Shown here: positions 1-12,422 of the stretch, in pieces
How positions within the stretch are numbered: the stretch's first letter is position 1
Layout of the letters: the number at the start of each line of letters is the position of its first letter
Origin: Pristiophorus japonicus
Taxonomy: Eukaryota
Reading direction: 5' to 3'
Length of the DNA stretch: 64,000 bases
NCBI RefSeq assembly: GCF_044704955.1
Contig: NW_027251843.1
Location: 930,001 to 994,000 of the forward strand
Made by a program: the position numbers and the translations under genes
Notes under the pieces: generated by a model
Databases searched by the model: none
What the model was told of the DNA's origin: nothing
The model's input: only the letters and a program-made list of their open reading frames with translations

Positions 1-1068
1 CAAAGATGCTAAGTTCCTTAATACTTCTTCTCTCACTATGTTTATCTCATCTAATATTTCACACTTGTCCTCCTTAATTGCAATGTCTGCATCGTCCCTC
101 TCTTCTGTGAAGACAGATGGAAAATATTCATTAAGAACCATTACCCCGTCTTCCGCCTCCACACACAGGGTACCTTTTTGGTCTCCAATAGGCCCAACTC
201 TTTCTTTAGTTATCCTCTTGCTCTTTATGTATTTATAAAACATCTTTGAGTATTCCTTGATTTTACTTGCCAGTATTTTTTCATGACCTCTCTTTGCATT
301 TCGAATTTCCTTTTTAATTTCACCCCTGCACTTTCTATACACCTCTGGGCTTTCTGTAGTATTTAGCTCTGGGTATCTGACATAAGCTTCCCTTTTTTGC
401 CTTATCCTACCCTGTATGCCCTTTGCCATCCAGGGGGCTCTAGATTTGGGAGTGCCACCCTTTTCCTTTGTGGGAACATACTTGCTCTGAACCCTCACTA
501 TCTCCCCCTTGAATGCCTCCCACTGCTCTGACACTGATTTACCTTCAAGTAGCTGTTTCCAGCCCACTTTTGCTAAATCACCTCTCAGCTGAGTAAAATT
601 GGCCTTTCCCCAATTGAGAACCTTTATTCCTGCTCTACCTTTGTCCTTTTCCATAACTACACTAAATCTAACTGAATTATAATCACGAGCACCACAATGC
701 TCTCTCACTGATCTGCCTTCCACCTGCCCAGCTTCATTCCCGAAAACTAAGCCCAGAACCGCCCCCTCCCTTGCTGGGCTTGCTACGTACTAGCTGTAAA
801 AGTTCTCCTGAATGCATTTGAAGAATTATGCACCCTCTATACCTTTGACACTGATTCCATCCCAGTTAATGTGAGGGGAGTTGAAATCCCCGACTATTGC
901 TGCCCGATTGTTTTTGCACTTCTCAGCAAATTGCCGACATATTTTCTCTTCCATCTCCCTCTGACTGTTTAGGGGTCTATAGTACACTCCCAGCAGTGTG
1001 ATCGCCCCTTTTCTGTTCATCATTTTAAACCATATGGCCTCATTTGATGATCCTTCAAACATATCCTC
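1..1068 (-). mobile_element. CR1-type LINE fragment (ORF2 endonuclease C-terminal half/linker)
   Basis: Minus ORF 826..1062 has APE motifs (LLGVYYRP, IVGDFNSPHINW); paralogous to 7300-8095. Confidence 0.85.
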
Positions 1069-1072
1069 CCTC

Positions 1073-1268
1073 TGTCAGAAGTGCCGTCTTTCAGATGAGA
1101 TGTTAAACCGAAGTCCCATCTGCCCTCTCAAGTGAACATGAAAGATCTCATAATCATTATTGGAAGGGCATGGGGGTTCTTCCCAGTGTCCTGGCCAATA
1201 TTTATTCCACAACTAACATAGTTAAAGCCGATGATCTGGTCATGATCTCATTGCAGTCTGGGAGCTTC
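1073..1268 (+). mobile_element. tRNA-derived shark SINE (SacSINE1/Deu-like) fragment
   Basis: Core 'gtgccgtctttcagatgagatgttaaaccg...gggttcttcccagtgtcctggccaatatttat' is shared with 2120-2300 and 10220-10380. Confidence 0.7.
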
Positions 1269-1752
1269 ATAGAATCAGAGAAATTTACAGCATGAAAGGA
1301 GGCCATTCGACCCATCGTGTCTGCACTGGCCGGCAAAGATCTATCCAGCCTAATCACACTTTTCAGCTCTTGGTCCATAGCCCTGTAGGTTACAGCACTT
1401 CAAGTGTACATCCAAGTAATTTTTAAATGTGATGAGAGTTTCTGCCTCTACCACCCTTTCAGTCAGTGACTTCCAGACCCCCCACCCCCTCTGGGTGAAG
1501 ATATTTCCCCTCAAATCCCCTCTAAACCTCCAAGCAATTACTTTAAAATCTATGCCCTGGTTGTTGGCCAATCTGCTTAAGGAAATAGGTCCGTCCTATC
1601 CACTCTATCTCGGCCCCTCATAATATTATACAACTCAATAAGGTCTCCCCTCAGACTCCTCTATTCCAAAGAAAACAACCCCAGCCTATCCAATCTTTCC
1701 TCATAGCTAAAATTTTCCAGTCCAGGCAACATCGTTGTAAATCTTCCTGTGT
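1268..1752 (-). mobile_element. CR1 LINE 3' end fragment
   Basis: Minus ORF 1350..1571 resembles the CR1 ORF2 C-terminus (FTQR..VWKSL..RVVEAETLITFK), followed by a CR1-type 3' tail. Confidence 0.8.
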
Positions 1753-1986
1753 ACAATTGCTTGTAAAGCACCTTGGGACATCCTGAGGTTGTGAAAGGCG
1801 CTATATAAATTCAAGGCTTTCTTTCATTGAAGTGGGAGGGCCCTGATCCTGACCCTCGGCCATTGTCGGCGCACTCTGACCTTCCAGGAGGTCACGGGAA
1901 TATTGAGAGCAGTGACCCGGCCTGACCTCGGTACACTTAGGCTAATTGTAGTCTCTCCTTTGACCTCACCCCGGTATGATTTTGAG

Positions 1987-2445
1987 CATCAGCCATGGCT
2001 CAGTGCATTGCACTCTCGCCTCTGATTCAGAATGTTGTGGGTTCAAGTCCCACACCAGGCATTTGAGCACAAAAATCTAGGCTGACACTGCAGGGCAGTG
2101 CTGAGGGAGTGCAACACTGTTGGAGATGCCGTCTTTCACTTGAAATTTTAAACTGAGGCCTCGTCTGCCCTCTCAGGTAGATGTAAAAGATCCAATGCCC
2201 CTATTTTGAAGAAGAGCAGGGGAGTTCTCCCCGGTGCCCTGGTCAATATTTATCCCTCAACCAACATGACAAAAGAACAGATTATCAGGTCGTTATCACA
2301 TCGCTGTTTGTGGGAGCTTGCTGTGCGAAGATTGACTGCCGTGTTTCCCACATTACAACAGTGACGACACTCCAAAAGTACTTCATTGGCTGAAAAGTGC
2401 TTTGAGATGTCCGATGGTTGTGAAAGGCGTAATATAAATGAGAGA
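1987..2445 (+). mobile_element. Near full-length tRNA-derived SINE (SacSINE1-like)
   Basis: A box 'tggctcagtg', B box 'ggttcaagtcc', central core, and L2-like tail 'gtgaaaggcgtaatataaatg'. Confidence 0.8.
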
Positions 2446-2683
2446 TTTTTTTTTAAAAACCTTAACATCAAACGCATTTATATTTATATTAAACTTATCA
2501 AGCGAGGCAAAGAAGATTAAGAATTAGTGTTGCTCGCTTCGAATGGTTAATCGCCATCCAGGAGTTCATTAACCCAGCTCTCCGTTATCAGATGTGAATT
2601 ATCCCCACACGGAAACACCCACAGTGACACACACACACACACACTAATATACACCTATTAAACATCATTCTCCTCCCTTTCAG

Positions 2684-3011
2684 GCCGAGGGAAGACACCA
2701 CCCACGCTGACCCTGCTGCCCCCTCCCCGGAGGAGGTCACGACCAAGGGCACTGCCACCCTGGTGTGCCTCGCCGATCACTTCTACCCCGATGCGGTGGA
2801 GGTGGAGTGGAAAAAGGACGGGGTGACCATTTCGGCCGGGGTCCAGACCAGCGACTACCTGCGAGCTTCGGACAACACCTACAGTGTCAGCAGCCTGCTG
2901 ACCCTCTCTGGCTCCGACTGGGAGTCCAACGCCAGCTTCTCCTGCAGCCTCACCCACGAGAGCCTCTCCTCTCCCCTCAGCAAGGGAGTCAGGAGAGCAG
3001 AATGTGCGTAG
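2684..3011 (+). pseudogene. IGKC: Immunoglobulin kappa (type III / NS4-like) light-chain constant exon with a 1-bp frameshift
   Basis: Polypyrimidine splice acceptor 'ctcctccctttcag' ends at 2683. Translation (G)RGKTPPTLTLLP/SPEEVTTKGTATLVCLADHFYPDAVEVEWKKDG...YSVSSLLTLSGSDWESNASFSCSLTHESLSSPLSKGVRRAECA* is a C1-set domain with both Cys, the Trp and the penultimate interchain Cys. The frame changes in the C run at 2719-2723. Confidence 0.9.
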
Positions 3012-3164
3012 TGTGTCAAGGACAGTCCGCGGGAGACGCAACTTTAAATAGAAAAGGGGGTGAGCAGGGAGGGCAAAGGTCATTATCAGCACTGCATTTC
3101 TACTCTCTTCCTTCTCGGGACTGGGTCAGGGAAAGCATCTGAGGGTCAGGGGGTAAGGCACATT

Positions 3165-3245
3165 ATTGGGACAGTGTAGAGGGAGCTTTGCTCTGTATCT
3201 AACCCGTGCTGTACCTGCCCTGGGAGCGTTTGATGGGACAGTGTT
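3165..3245 (+). repeat. Single unit of a ~66-bp shark minisatellite in the Ck 3' UTR
   Basis: 'gggacagtgtagagggagctttgctctgtatctaacccgtgctgtacctgccctgggagcgtttgat' followed by a restart 'gggacagtgt'. Confidence 0.5.
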
Positions 3246-3439
3246 GACTCGTGCTGCCAAGTAAAACCTCTCGAAAATGCTGAAGACTGTCAGCAGAGTA
3301 AAACTAATGTTAAACTATGAAGTGCCTCTTCAGTGAGCAGACCTTCTCCCTGCTCACCCTGCTGTTACAATTCAAGGTTTAGTCCCCGTTTGAAGGGACA
3401 GGATTCTCACGGTGTGGAGAAAATCCCCACAACTGTTTT

Positions 3440-3540
3440 AATAAAGCTGCATTCTCCCTGTGAATGTCTCCAGCTCGCTCTCGCTGGGCTGTTTATTCAA
3501 GTCTTGTTTCTGTAAATGTGAATCTGTAAAAGGCAATAAA
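3440..3540 (+). terminator. Candidate polyadenylation signals of the Ck transcript
   Basis: AATAAA at 3440-3445 and 3535-3540, the second followed by GT-rich sequence. Confidence 0.55.
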
Positions 3541-3799
3541 TGTGAAGAATATTCAGTCTGTGTCTGGCGAGTGCTTTGGAAATGTCCCACCTCCCCCTCA
3601 GCTGGATTGGCTGCATTTCAGTAAGTGTCTGTCCTGATTGGCTGAGTGGGCTGTCAATCATTGGCACGTCAGCAGGAGATTTGATTCAAAGCCAATTATC
3701 AATCATTTTAAAACGATCAATTTGACCTCAAACCCCTGGAGTGCACAAGATGAAATACAGAGACATTAAAAGCTGCTGGGATTAAACCATCCCAGTCTC

Positions 3800-4912
3800 A
3801 TCATATCATCGGCAGTCCCTCGGAATCAAGAAAGACTTACTTCCATCCTGGAGTGAGTTCTTTTGTGGCTGAACAGTCCAATACGAGAACCACAGACTCT
3901 GTCACAGGTGAGACAGACAGTCATTGAGGGAAGGGGTGGGTGGGGACAGATTCGCCGCACGCTCTTTCCGCTGCCTGCGCTTGGTTTCTGCATGCTCTTG
4001 GCGACGAGACTCGAGTTGCTCAGCGCCCTCTCGGATGCACTTCCTCCACTTAGGGTGGTCTTGGGCCAGGGACTCCCAGGTATCAGTGGGGATGTTGCAC
4101 TTTATCAGGGAGGCTTTGAAGGTGTCCTTGTAGCATTTCCGCTGCCCACCTTTGGCTCGTTTGCCATGAAGGAGCTCCGAGTAGAGCACTTGCTTTGGGA
4201 GTCTCGTGTCTAGCATGCGGACTATGTGGCCTGCCTAGCGGAGCTATCGAGTGTGGGCAGTGCTTCAATGCTGGGGATGTTAGCCTGACTGAGGACGCTG
4301 ATGTTGGTGCGCCTGTCCTCCAGGGGATTTGTCGGATCTAGCAGAGACATCGTTGGTGATATTTTTCCAGCAACTTGAGGTGTCTGCTGTACATGGTCCA
4401 TATCTCTGAGCCATATTGGAGGGCAGGTATTACTACAGCCCTGTAGACCATGAGCTTGGTGGCAGTTTGGAGGGCCTGGTCTTCAAACACTCTTTTCCTC
4501 AGGCGACCGAAGGCTGCACTGGCGCACTGGATGCGGTGTTGGATCTCGTCGTCGATGCCTGCTCTTGTTGATTGGTGGCTCCCGAGATATGGGAAGTGGT
4601 CCACGGTGTCCAGGGCAGCGCCATGGATCTTGATGACTGGGGGCAGTGCTGTGTGATGAGGGCAGGCTGGTGGAGGACCTTTGTCTTACAGATGTTTAGC
4701 GTAAGGCCCATGCTTTCGTACGCCTCAGTAAATACGTCGACTATGTCCTGGAGTGCGGCCTCTGTATGTGCGCAGATGCAGACATCGTCCACATACTGTA
4801 GCTCGACGACAGAGGTTGGAGTGGCCTTGGATCTGGCCTGGAGACTGTGCAGGTTGAACAGCTTCCCACTGGTTCTGTAGTTTAGTTCCACTCCAGAGGG
4901 GAGCTTGTTGGC
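3800..4912 (-). mobile_element. RTE-clade LINE, 5'-truncated and degenerate
   Basis: RT motif LQYVDD; RTE C-terminus RLPKQVLYSELLHGKRAKGGQRKCYKDTFKASL; frameshifted. Confidence 0.85.
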
Positions 4913-5587
4913 TCTCACTCTGCACACTGGGGTTGTTGGGGCTGCCCCCGATGGTGGGATCGTACTGTGCACTATGTGCTGACTGCTCGGAGCAATCTGG
5001 GGGCAGGAGGCCACAGTCACAATGTTGCATTCTCTCTCCTTAACGGGTGGCTCATGGCAGCAGCACAAAACTGTACCAAGTGAGGCCTCAGCTTAGGGAG
5101 AGGAGCAGTCAGTGTATCACCGTGTACATGTCGCTGAGTGTTCGTGTGACTTACCCAGCACCGCCTGTAGGTGTGTGTGTGTGTGTGACTGTTACCCAGT
5201 ACCGCCTGAAGGTGTGTGTGTGTGTGTGCAAGACTGTTACCCAGGAGAGGGGAGACCGGGCCGGGGGAGGGTGGGCTTTATCGGGGGCTGACTGTGCGTG
5301 GAACGGGGGGAGCGGAGTGATCGGGGGGTGGGGGGGATCATGGGGGTCACGGGGAGGCCAGGGGCTCTGGGGGGGACTGGGTGCTGGGTATCGAGTGGGG
5401 GGGATCCTGTTGGGACTGTGGGGTCGGGGAGGGGTCTCGGGGACCAGCAAACCAGCCAGTCACCACTCTGCACACACTCTGCTCCCTCTGTGTCTCAGTC
5501 CAATGTTGCAGTGGGCAGTTCAGGATCTGAGGCTCAGGCTGGTTCTCCGGCACCATCAGCACCCTGTTGGGTAAGGGTATTACGGAT

Positions 5588-6385
5588 TAAGAACATAAGA
5601 AATAGGAGCAGGAGTCCATTTGGCCCCTCGAGCCTGCTCCACCATTCAATGAGATCTTGGCTGATGTGTTCGTGGACTCAGCTCCACTTCCCTGCCTGCT
5701 CACCATAACCCTTTATCCACTAATTGTTCAAAAATCTGTCTATCTCTGCCTTAAAAATATTCAATGACCCAGCCTCCACAGCTCTTTGCGGCATGAGAAT
5801 TCCACAGATTTGTAACCCTCTGAGAGAAGAAATTCCTCCTCATCTCAGTTCTAAATAGGCGACCCCTTATTCTGGAACTATGCCCTCTAGTTTTAGTTTC
5901 CTCTATGAGTGGAAATATCCTCTCTGCATCCACCTTGTCAAGCCCCCTCATTATATTATATGTTTCGATAAGATCAACTCTCATTCTTCTGAACTCCAAT
6001 GAGTATAGGCCCAACCTACTCAACAAGTCTTCATAAGTCAACCCCCTCAGCTCCAGAATCAACCTAGTGGGCCTTCTCTGAACTGCCTTCAATGAAAGCA
6101 TATCCTTTCTTAAATATGGAGACCAAAACTGCACACAGTACTCCAGGTCTCACCAATACCCTGTACAATTGTAGCAGGACTTCCCTGCTTTTATACTCCA
6201 CCCGCCTTGCAATAACAGCCAACATTCCATTTGCTTTCCTGATTACTTGCTGCATTCTAAATTTTTGTGTTTCATGCACAAGGACCCCCAAATCCCTCTG
6301 TACTGCAGCAGTTTCAATTATTCTCCATTTAAAAAATAATTTGCTTTTCTATTCTTTCTGCCAAAGTGGATAACCTCACATCTAC
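5588..6385 (-). mobile_element. CR1 LINE 3' fragment
   Basis: ORF2 C-terminus (VQRRPTRLI..LGLYSLEFRRMR) and a (TAAGAACA)n tail. Confidence 0.9.
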
Positions 6386-9300
6386 CTGGCCTGCTACCTT
6401 CAGGTATCTGTGGACAGATCCCTTTGTTCCTATAAACTTCTCTGTATCCTACAATTTAATGTGTATTCCCTTGCCTTGGTAGCCCTCCCCAAATGCATTA
6501 CCTCACACTTCTCTGGATTAAATTCTATTTGCCACTGTTCTGCCCACCTGACCATTTTATTGATATCTTCCTGCAGTCTACAGCTTTCTTCTTCATTAAC
6601 AGCCACACGGCCGATTTTAGTATGATCTGCAAACTTCTTTATCATGCCCCATACATTCAAGTCCAAATCATTGATATATACCACAAAAAGCAATGACCTT
6701 GTACTGAGCCTTGCGGAACCCCACTGGAAACAGCCTTCCAATCATTAAATCACCAACCATTACCCTTTGCTTCCTGCCTCTGAGCCAATTTTGGATCCAA
6801 CTTGCCACTTTGCCCTGGATCCCAAGGGATTTTACTTTCATGACCAGTCTGCCATGTGGGACCTTACCAAAAGTCTTGCTAAAATCTTTATACACTACAT
6901 CATATGCACTGCCCTCATCAACCCTCCTTATTACTTCCTCGATGAATTCAATTAAGTTAATCAGACACGATCTTTCCTTAACAAATCCATGCTGACTTTC
7001 CTGGATTAATTTGTGTCTTTCTAAATGAAGATTTATCCTGTCTCTCAGAATTTTCTCCAATGACTTTCCCACCATGAGGTTAGGCTGACTGGCCTGCAAT
7101 TACTCGGTCTATCCCTTTTTCCCTTTTTAAACAAAGGTACAACATTAGCAGTCCTCCAGACCTCTGGCACCACACGTGCAACCAGAGAGGATTGGAAAAT
7201 GTTGGTCAGAGCCTGTGCTATTTCCTCTTTTGTTTCACTTATCAGCTTGGGAAACATTTTATCAGGACCAGGGGATTTATCCACTTTCACAGCTGCTAAG
7301 CCCCTTAATACTTCCTCTCTCACAATGTTTATTTCATCTAATATTTCACACTCCTCCTCCCTGATTGCAATGTCTGCATCGCCCCTCTCTTTTGTGAAAA
7401 CAGACGGAAAGTATTCATTAAGAAACATATCCACATCTTCTGCCTCCACACACAGATTACCTTTATGGTCTCTAATAGGCCCGACACTTTCTTTAATTAT
7501 CCTCTTGCTCTTAATGCATCTTTGGGTTTTCCTTGATTTTACTTGCCAAAATGTTTTCATGCTCTCTCTTTGCTTTCCTAATTTCCTTTCCAATTGCACC
7601 CCTGCACTTTCTATACTCCTCTAAAGTTCCTGCAGTATTGAGCCCTCAGTATCTGTCATAACTCTCCCTGTTTTACTTTATCCTACACTGTATATCCCTT
7701 GACATCCATGGGCCTCTAAATTTGTTAGTCCCACCCTTTTTCTTTAAGGGAACAGACTTACTCTGAAACCACAGGATTTCCTCCTTGAATGCCTCCCACT
7801 GCTCTGACACTGATTCACCATCAAGTAGCCGTTTCCAGCCCGCTTTGGCCAAATCTCATCTCAGCTCAGCAAAATTGGCTTTTCCCCAATTGAGAATCTT
7901 TATTCCTGGTCTATCTTTGTCCTTTTCCATAACTACACTAAATCTAACTGAATTATGATCACAGGCACCAAAATTCTCTCCCACTGATACCCCTTCCACC
8001 TGCCCCTCTTCATTCTGCAAAACCAAGTCCAGAACCGTCCCCTCCCTTGTTGGGCTTGTTACATACTCATTGATAAAGTTCTCCTGAATGCATTTAAGTG
8101 TGATCCAGTCCAGAGGGTTCCCACGCAGAAGATGCAATCACGAGTGACTGCTTAGCCAATCAGGTAGGTAGTTCACAGGTTCCCATTAATAGCACTAAGA
8201 CTCGCGTATCTACCAGTTCTCAGTGCTATTAATGGGGACAAAACCAAACACACAAAATAATAAAAAAATAAAAAATAGACCACACATACTTAAAATTATT
8301 TGAAATTAAAGTTATTATGGTCTTATAGAAATAAAATATTTTCCCGATTGCTAAAAAAGTTTTTAAAATTATGGTAATAAACTTACTGTAGTGGGGAGGT
8401 TTTTGAACAATAAACTATGTGTCTATAATGTTATTTTACAATTGTTTCTGTATGTTTTAAAACACTTACGCCTGTAAAAGTAGGCTATGATTTTTGAGGA
8501 CATTTGCTGGGAAAGATATGGGTAAATAGTCCCATCTTGCCCGTACAAATGTCCTCGCTCATGATCTGGCTATGATCTCTCCAGCTCCAGCTTGACAGAT
8601 CGGAAAAGCAGGTTTTCAGTGCATGCGCATTGCACGCTGAAAACTGGCTTTTCCGATGCCTTCCCGGGTCCATAGAAACCACGTACGGGCCCCGGGACGT
8701 CAGAATTTCCACCTCAATATCGTTCTCTCAATTGTCTATCTGTGCTCTCAGCTCATCTGCAATATTCCCTATACTCCTTGCATTGAAGTATACACCATTG
8801 AGCAATGCCAACCATCTTTGCTGTCTATTTTCTGGGCTTTGTTTCCTCTGTCTTCCAAATTCACTTTCTACTTTTCTGCTTTCAAATTCCAGATTTGCTT
8901 CTCTCCCCACTGAATCTATTCTCCGGTTCCCATCCCCTGCCAAGCTAGTTTAAACCCTCCCCAACAGCACTAGCAAATCTCCCGCGAGGATATTGGTCCT
9001 GGCTCTGTTGACGTGTAACCCGTCCGACTTGTATAGGTCCCACCTCCCCGAGAAATGGTCCCAATTTCTCAGGTAACTAAAGCCCTCCCTCCTGCACCAT
9101 CTCTCCAGCCATGCATTCATCTGCTCTATCCTCCTATTTCTGTACTCACTAGCACGTGGCACCGGGAGTAATCTGGAGATTACTACCATTGCTGTGTTGC
9201 TTTTTAATCTAGCTCCCGAAACTCTGCCTGTAGGACCACATACTTCTTTCTACCTATGTCATTGGTATCGATATGGACCACAATCTCTGGCTGTTCACCC

Positions 9301-9950
9301 TCCCCCCTCAGAATGTACTGCAGCCACTCAGTGAAATTCTGGACCCTGGCACCAGGGAGGCAACATACCATCCTGGGGTCACGTCTGTGGCTGCAGAAAT
9401 GTCTGTCTGTTCCCCTAACTATCGAATCCCCTACCACTATTGCTCTTCCACTCTTCTTCCTCCCCCCTGTGCAGCTGAGCCACCCGTGGTGCCGTGGACT
9501 TGGCTCTGGCTGAACTTCCTGGAGGAACCATCGCCCCCACCAGTACTCAGAACACAATACTGGTTGGAGAGTGAGTTTGACTCAGGGGACTCCTGCACTA
9601 CGTGCCTGGACCTCCTCTTCTGTCTGGTGGTCACCCATTCCCTCTCTGCCTGCACACTCTTAAGCTGCGGGGTGGCCACCTCTAGAAACGTGCTATCCAC
9701 GAAGTTCTCAGCCTCGCGGACGCACCGCAGTGACTCCAGCCGCCGCTCAATCTCCGAAACGCGGAGCTCGAGTTGCTGTAGCTGGTGACACTTCCTGCAC
9801 ATGTGGTCGTCCAGGCCACGAGAAGTGTCCAGGACTTCCCACATGGCACAGGATGTGCTCTCCACGGGACAGAACTGCCCTGCCATGCCTCTATTTAATA
9901 GACTAAGGACTAACTTAGCAGAAATAAATTTAAAACTAAAAAAAAAAAGC
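6386..9950 (-). mobile_element. CR1 LINE with ORF1 (Zn finger + SGNH esterase) and partial ORF2, degenerate
   Basis: ORF1 motifs CRKCHQLQQLE and AIVVGDSIVRG; ORF2 motifs NARSIGN, KSPGPD, QHGF and a decayed FADD. Confidence 0.9.
8098..8710. mobile_element. Non-autonomous DNA transposon remnant (Harbinger-like MITE) inside CR1
   Basis: Non-CR1 block with an AT-rich core interrupts CR1 ORF2 and ends 'aatttccacc'; no clean TIR pair seen. Confidence 0.4.
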
Positions 9951-10054
9951 AAATAATGGCCTAGCCTACATCATTCTGGCCATAATTTCTGGATTTGTTC
10001 ACCCCACTGAGGGCGAACACCGTCGATGGGCCATTAATGAGCCTTAAGTTTCCA

Positions 10055-11020
10055 GCTCAGTCAGCTGTGGCTCAATGGGCAGCACACTCACCTCTGAGTC
10101 CGAAGGTCCACTCCAGAATAGGAGGATAGAATAGATGAATGCGTGGCTGGGGAGATGGTCCACTCCAGGGACTCTCAGAAATCCACACTGACAGTCCCAG
10201 TGCAGAACTGAGGTAGTGACGCACTGTCGGAGGGGCCGTCTTTCAGGCGAGAGGTTAAACCAAGGCCCCATCTGCTCTCTCAGGTGGGCGTTAACGATCC
10301 CATGCCAATGTTTTGAAGAAGAGCAGGGGAGTTCTCCCCAGTGTCCTGGTCAATATTTATCCCTCAATCAACATCACAAAAACAGACTGAGGATGAAATT
10401 CCCCCGCTGTGTGCCTGCCATTAGTGGCTCCGGAGGGCGCTTACGGGGTGTGACAGTGTTTTCCCCGAGGGTATGGAGTGGCGGTGGAGGGGGGAGCTAC
10501 CCGCGCGATTTAGCAGAGACGCGAAACGGAGAATGCCCCGTGAGCCGTGTCCGCACCAGGCCTGCGGGTCACGAACCGGGCCGCATTTCACTCACGGGGT
10601 GAAAGTTACAGGCGGTGCGCGCCTCTGCGCCCCGACATTTGTTTTGGACAACTAACCGGTCGGGCCTTTCTATGCCGATGTGACGGGGTCAGTGCCGCGA
10701 TGGTGCAGCCTGACACTGGCCCCTGAGCCCGCCCCCAGGGGAAATGCTGTACACCACATTGCACTCCACTTCCTGTCAGGGGCTGTGACCCCAATTTCGC
10801 TTCCGGGGCGTGACTTCGGCATGGAAAAGTTACCGCCCCAACCGGGGCGATACGCAATTTGGGCCCAAAGTAACTTGTGGGAGCTTGCTGTGCACAAAAT
10901 GTCTGTCGTGTCTCCTCCATTACCGCAGTGACTACACTTCAAAAGTACTTCATTGGCTGTAAAGCGCTTTGGGATGTCCTGAGGTGGTGAAAGGCGCTAT
11001 ATAAATGCAAGTCTTTCTTT
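10055..11020 (+). mobile_element. tRNA-derived SINE interrupted by a GC-rich insertion
   Basis: SINE head and core at 10055-10388; resumes at about 10870 ('tgtgggagcttgctgtgc') through the L2-like tail. Confidence 0.75.
10389..10866. mobile_element. CpG-rich MITE-like insertion (possibly Harbinger-derived)
   Basis: Interrupts the SINE; imperfect termini 'gaggatgaaatt' / 'aatttgggccc'. Confidence 0.4.
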
Positions 11021-11054
11021 CCAATTCAGCTCTACATCTTTGAAACCCAAACCC

Positions 11055-11365
11055 ACAGACAGTGACGGACAGGTAAAGACCCTGTGGTCCATCCAGCCCG
11101 TCCCACACAATTGTGATACCTTGTGTATCACAGTATAGACTCTCCACCCCACCCAAAACTACCTGACCTCCTGGGAGAGGCAAAAAACCAGGGAAAAAAC
11201 CCATTGGGGGAAATAAATCTGGGAAACTCCTCTCCAGCCCCGCCCCCAGGCGATGGAAACTAGTCCAGGAGGTCACTGTGGCCCTGAATTCCCTGCAGTA
11301 ACTACCTTCTGTAAGTGGTGATCTCCGCACCGGCCACAAACAGGTCCTGCTCTCGCTTAGGTACA
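11055..11365 (-). mobile_element. CR1-type LINE 3' UTR fragment
   Basis: 'ggtaaagaccctgtggtccatccagcccgtccc' resembles a CR1 3' terminal hairpin motif. Confidence 0.5.
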
Positions 11366-12422
11366 GCTCATGGATTTAAAATTACAAGCTTTCCCAACAG
11401 TGTCAAGTGCTGCAAATACTGTGTTACATTATCAGGGTTATATTCTCACTGTCTGTCATTGTCACAACACTCGCTATATAAATGCAAGTTGTTGTTGTGT
11501 TCAGGGGCCGTTGTATCTGGCTCAGGCTTCTTATCCATCCCCCCTTCCCTTCCCCCTCCATTGGGGGCCGTGCCTTCAGCTGCCTGGGCCCTAACTCCCT
11601 GCTCCCTAAACCTCTCTGCCACTCCACCCCTCTCCTCTTTTAAGACCTCCCTTCAAACCCAATCTGTGACTGAGCGTTTTGATCACCCTCCCAGCCCCTC
11701 CCCCTTTGGCTCAGCACCACTTTGACCAGATTACGCCTCTGTCAGCTGCTTCGGGATGTTGTTCTAATGTTCCAGTTACTGTAGCAATGCAGGTTGTTGC
11801 TGCCGTTCCTGGCTGTCTCTGTGTGGATATACCCCGTGCACCGAGCTCCGCGGTGAGGCCTCCCACAGTGAATGGCCTGCCGATGCTCACTGCAGTGCAG
11901 AGTGGCTTCTGACCCCCAATCGGTCTGAGACACCGCCTCACGAGCGGACGAGGAGATACCTGCTGAGATCCACCATCAAATGTCACGTGGGGAACTGGAA
12001 ATTATTCTGCAAACCTGACTGGAGGTTTGGTCCAAACGCGTTTTACAAACCAATCAATTGAGTGACACAGAAATTGTCCAAAAATTTGGTCTTTTCAGAA
12101 CCAACATCGCCCCCTTTTGGTATGAAGACAACACTGCCAATTTCCCTCACAATTTGACTGAGCTGCAATTTTCAATGTCTCCTTACGTGGCTCGCTGTCA
12201 ATCTTTATTCTATAACGCTCCTGTGAAGTGCTTGGGGAGTTTTACTGTGTTAAAGGTGCTGTATAAAAGTTGTTGTTGTTGTTTGTTCTGAGTTAGCTGT
12301 TCCAACTGAGGTCGGGATATGACTCACAGCTCAGACTGTGCGGCATCCAGTGATGCAATGTTGTATCGTGGGTTCAAGCCCCACTCTAGGGACCTGAGTG
12401 TAAAATAAAGACATACACTACT

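Noticed and set aside
1990-2060. tRNA-like A/B boxes
   Set aside because: Head of a tRNA-derived SINE, not a tRNA gene.
2620-2626. Perfect RSS heptamer CACAGTG just upstream of Ck, reminiscent of the mammalian intronic heptamer used in kappa deletion
   Set aside because: Followed by a (CA)n repeat with no nonamer; a lone 7-mer is expected by chance several times in 64 kb.
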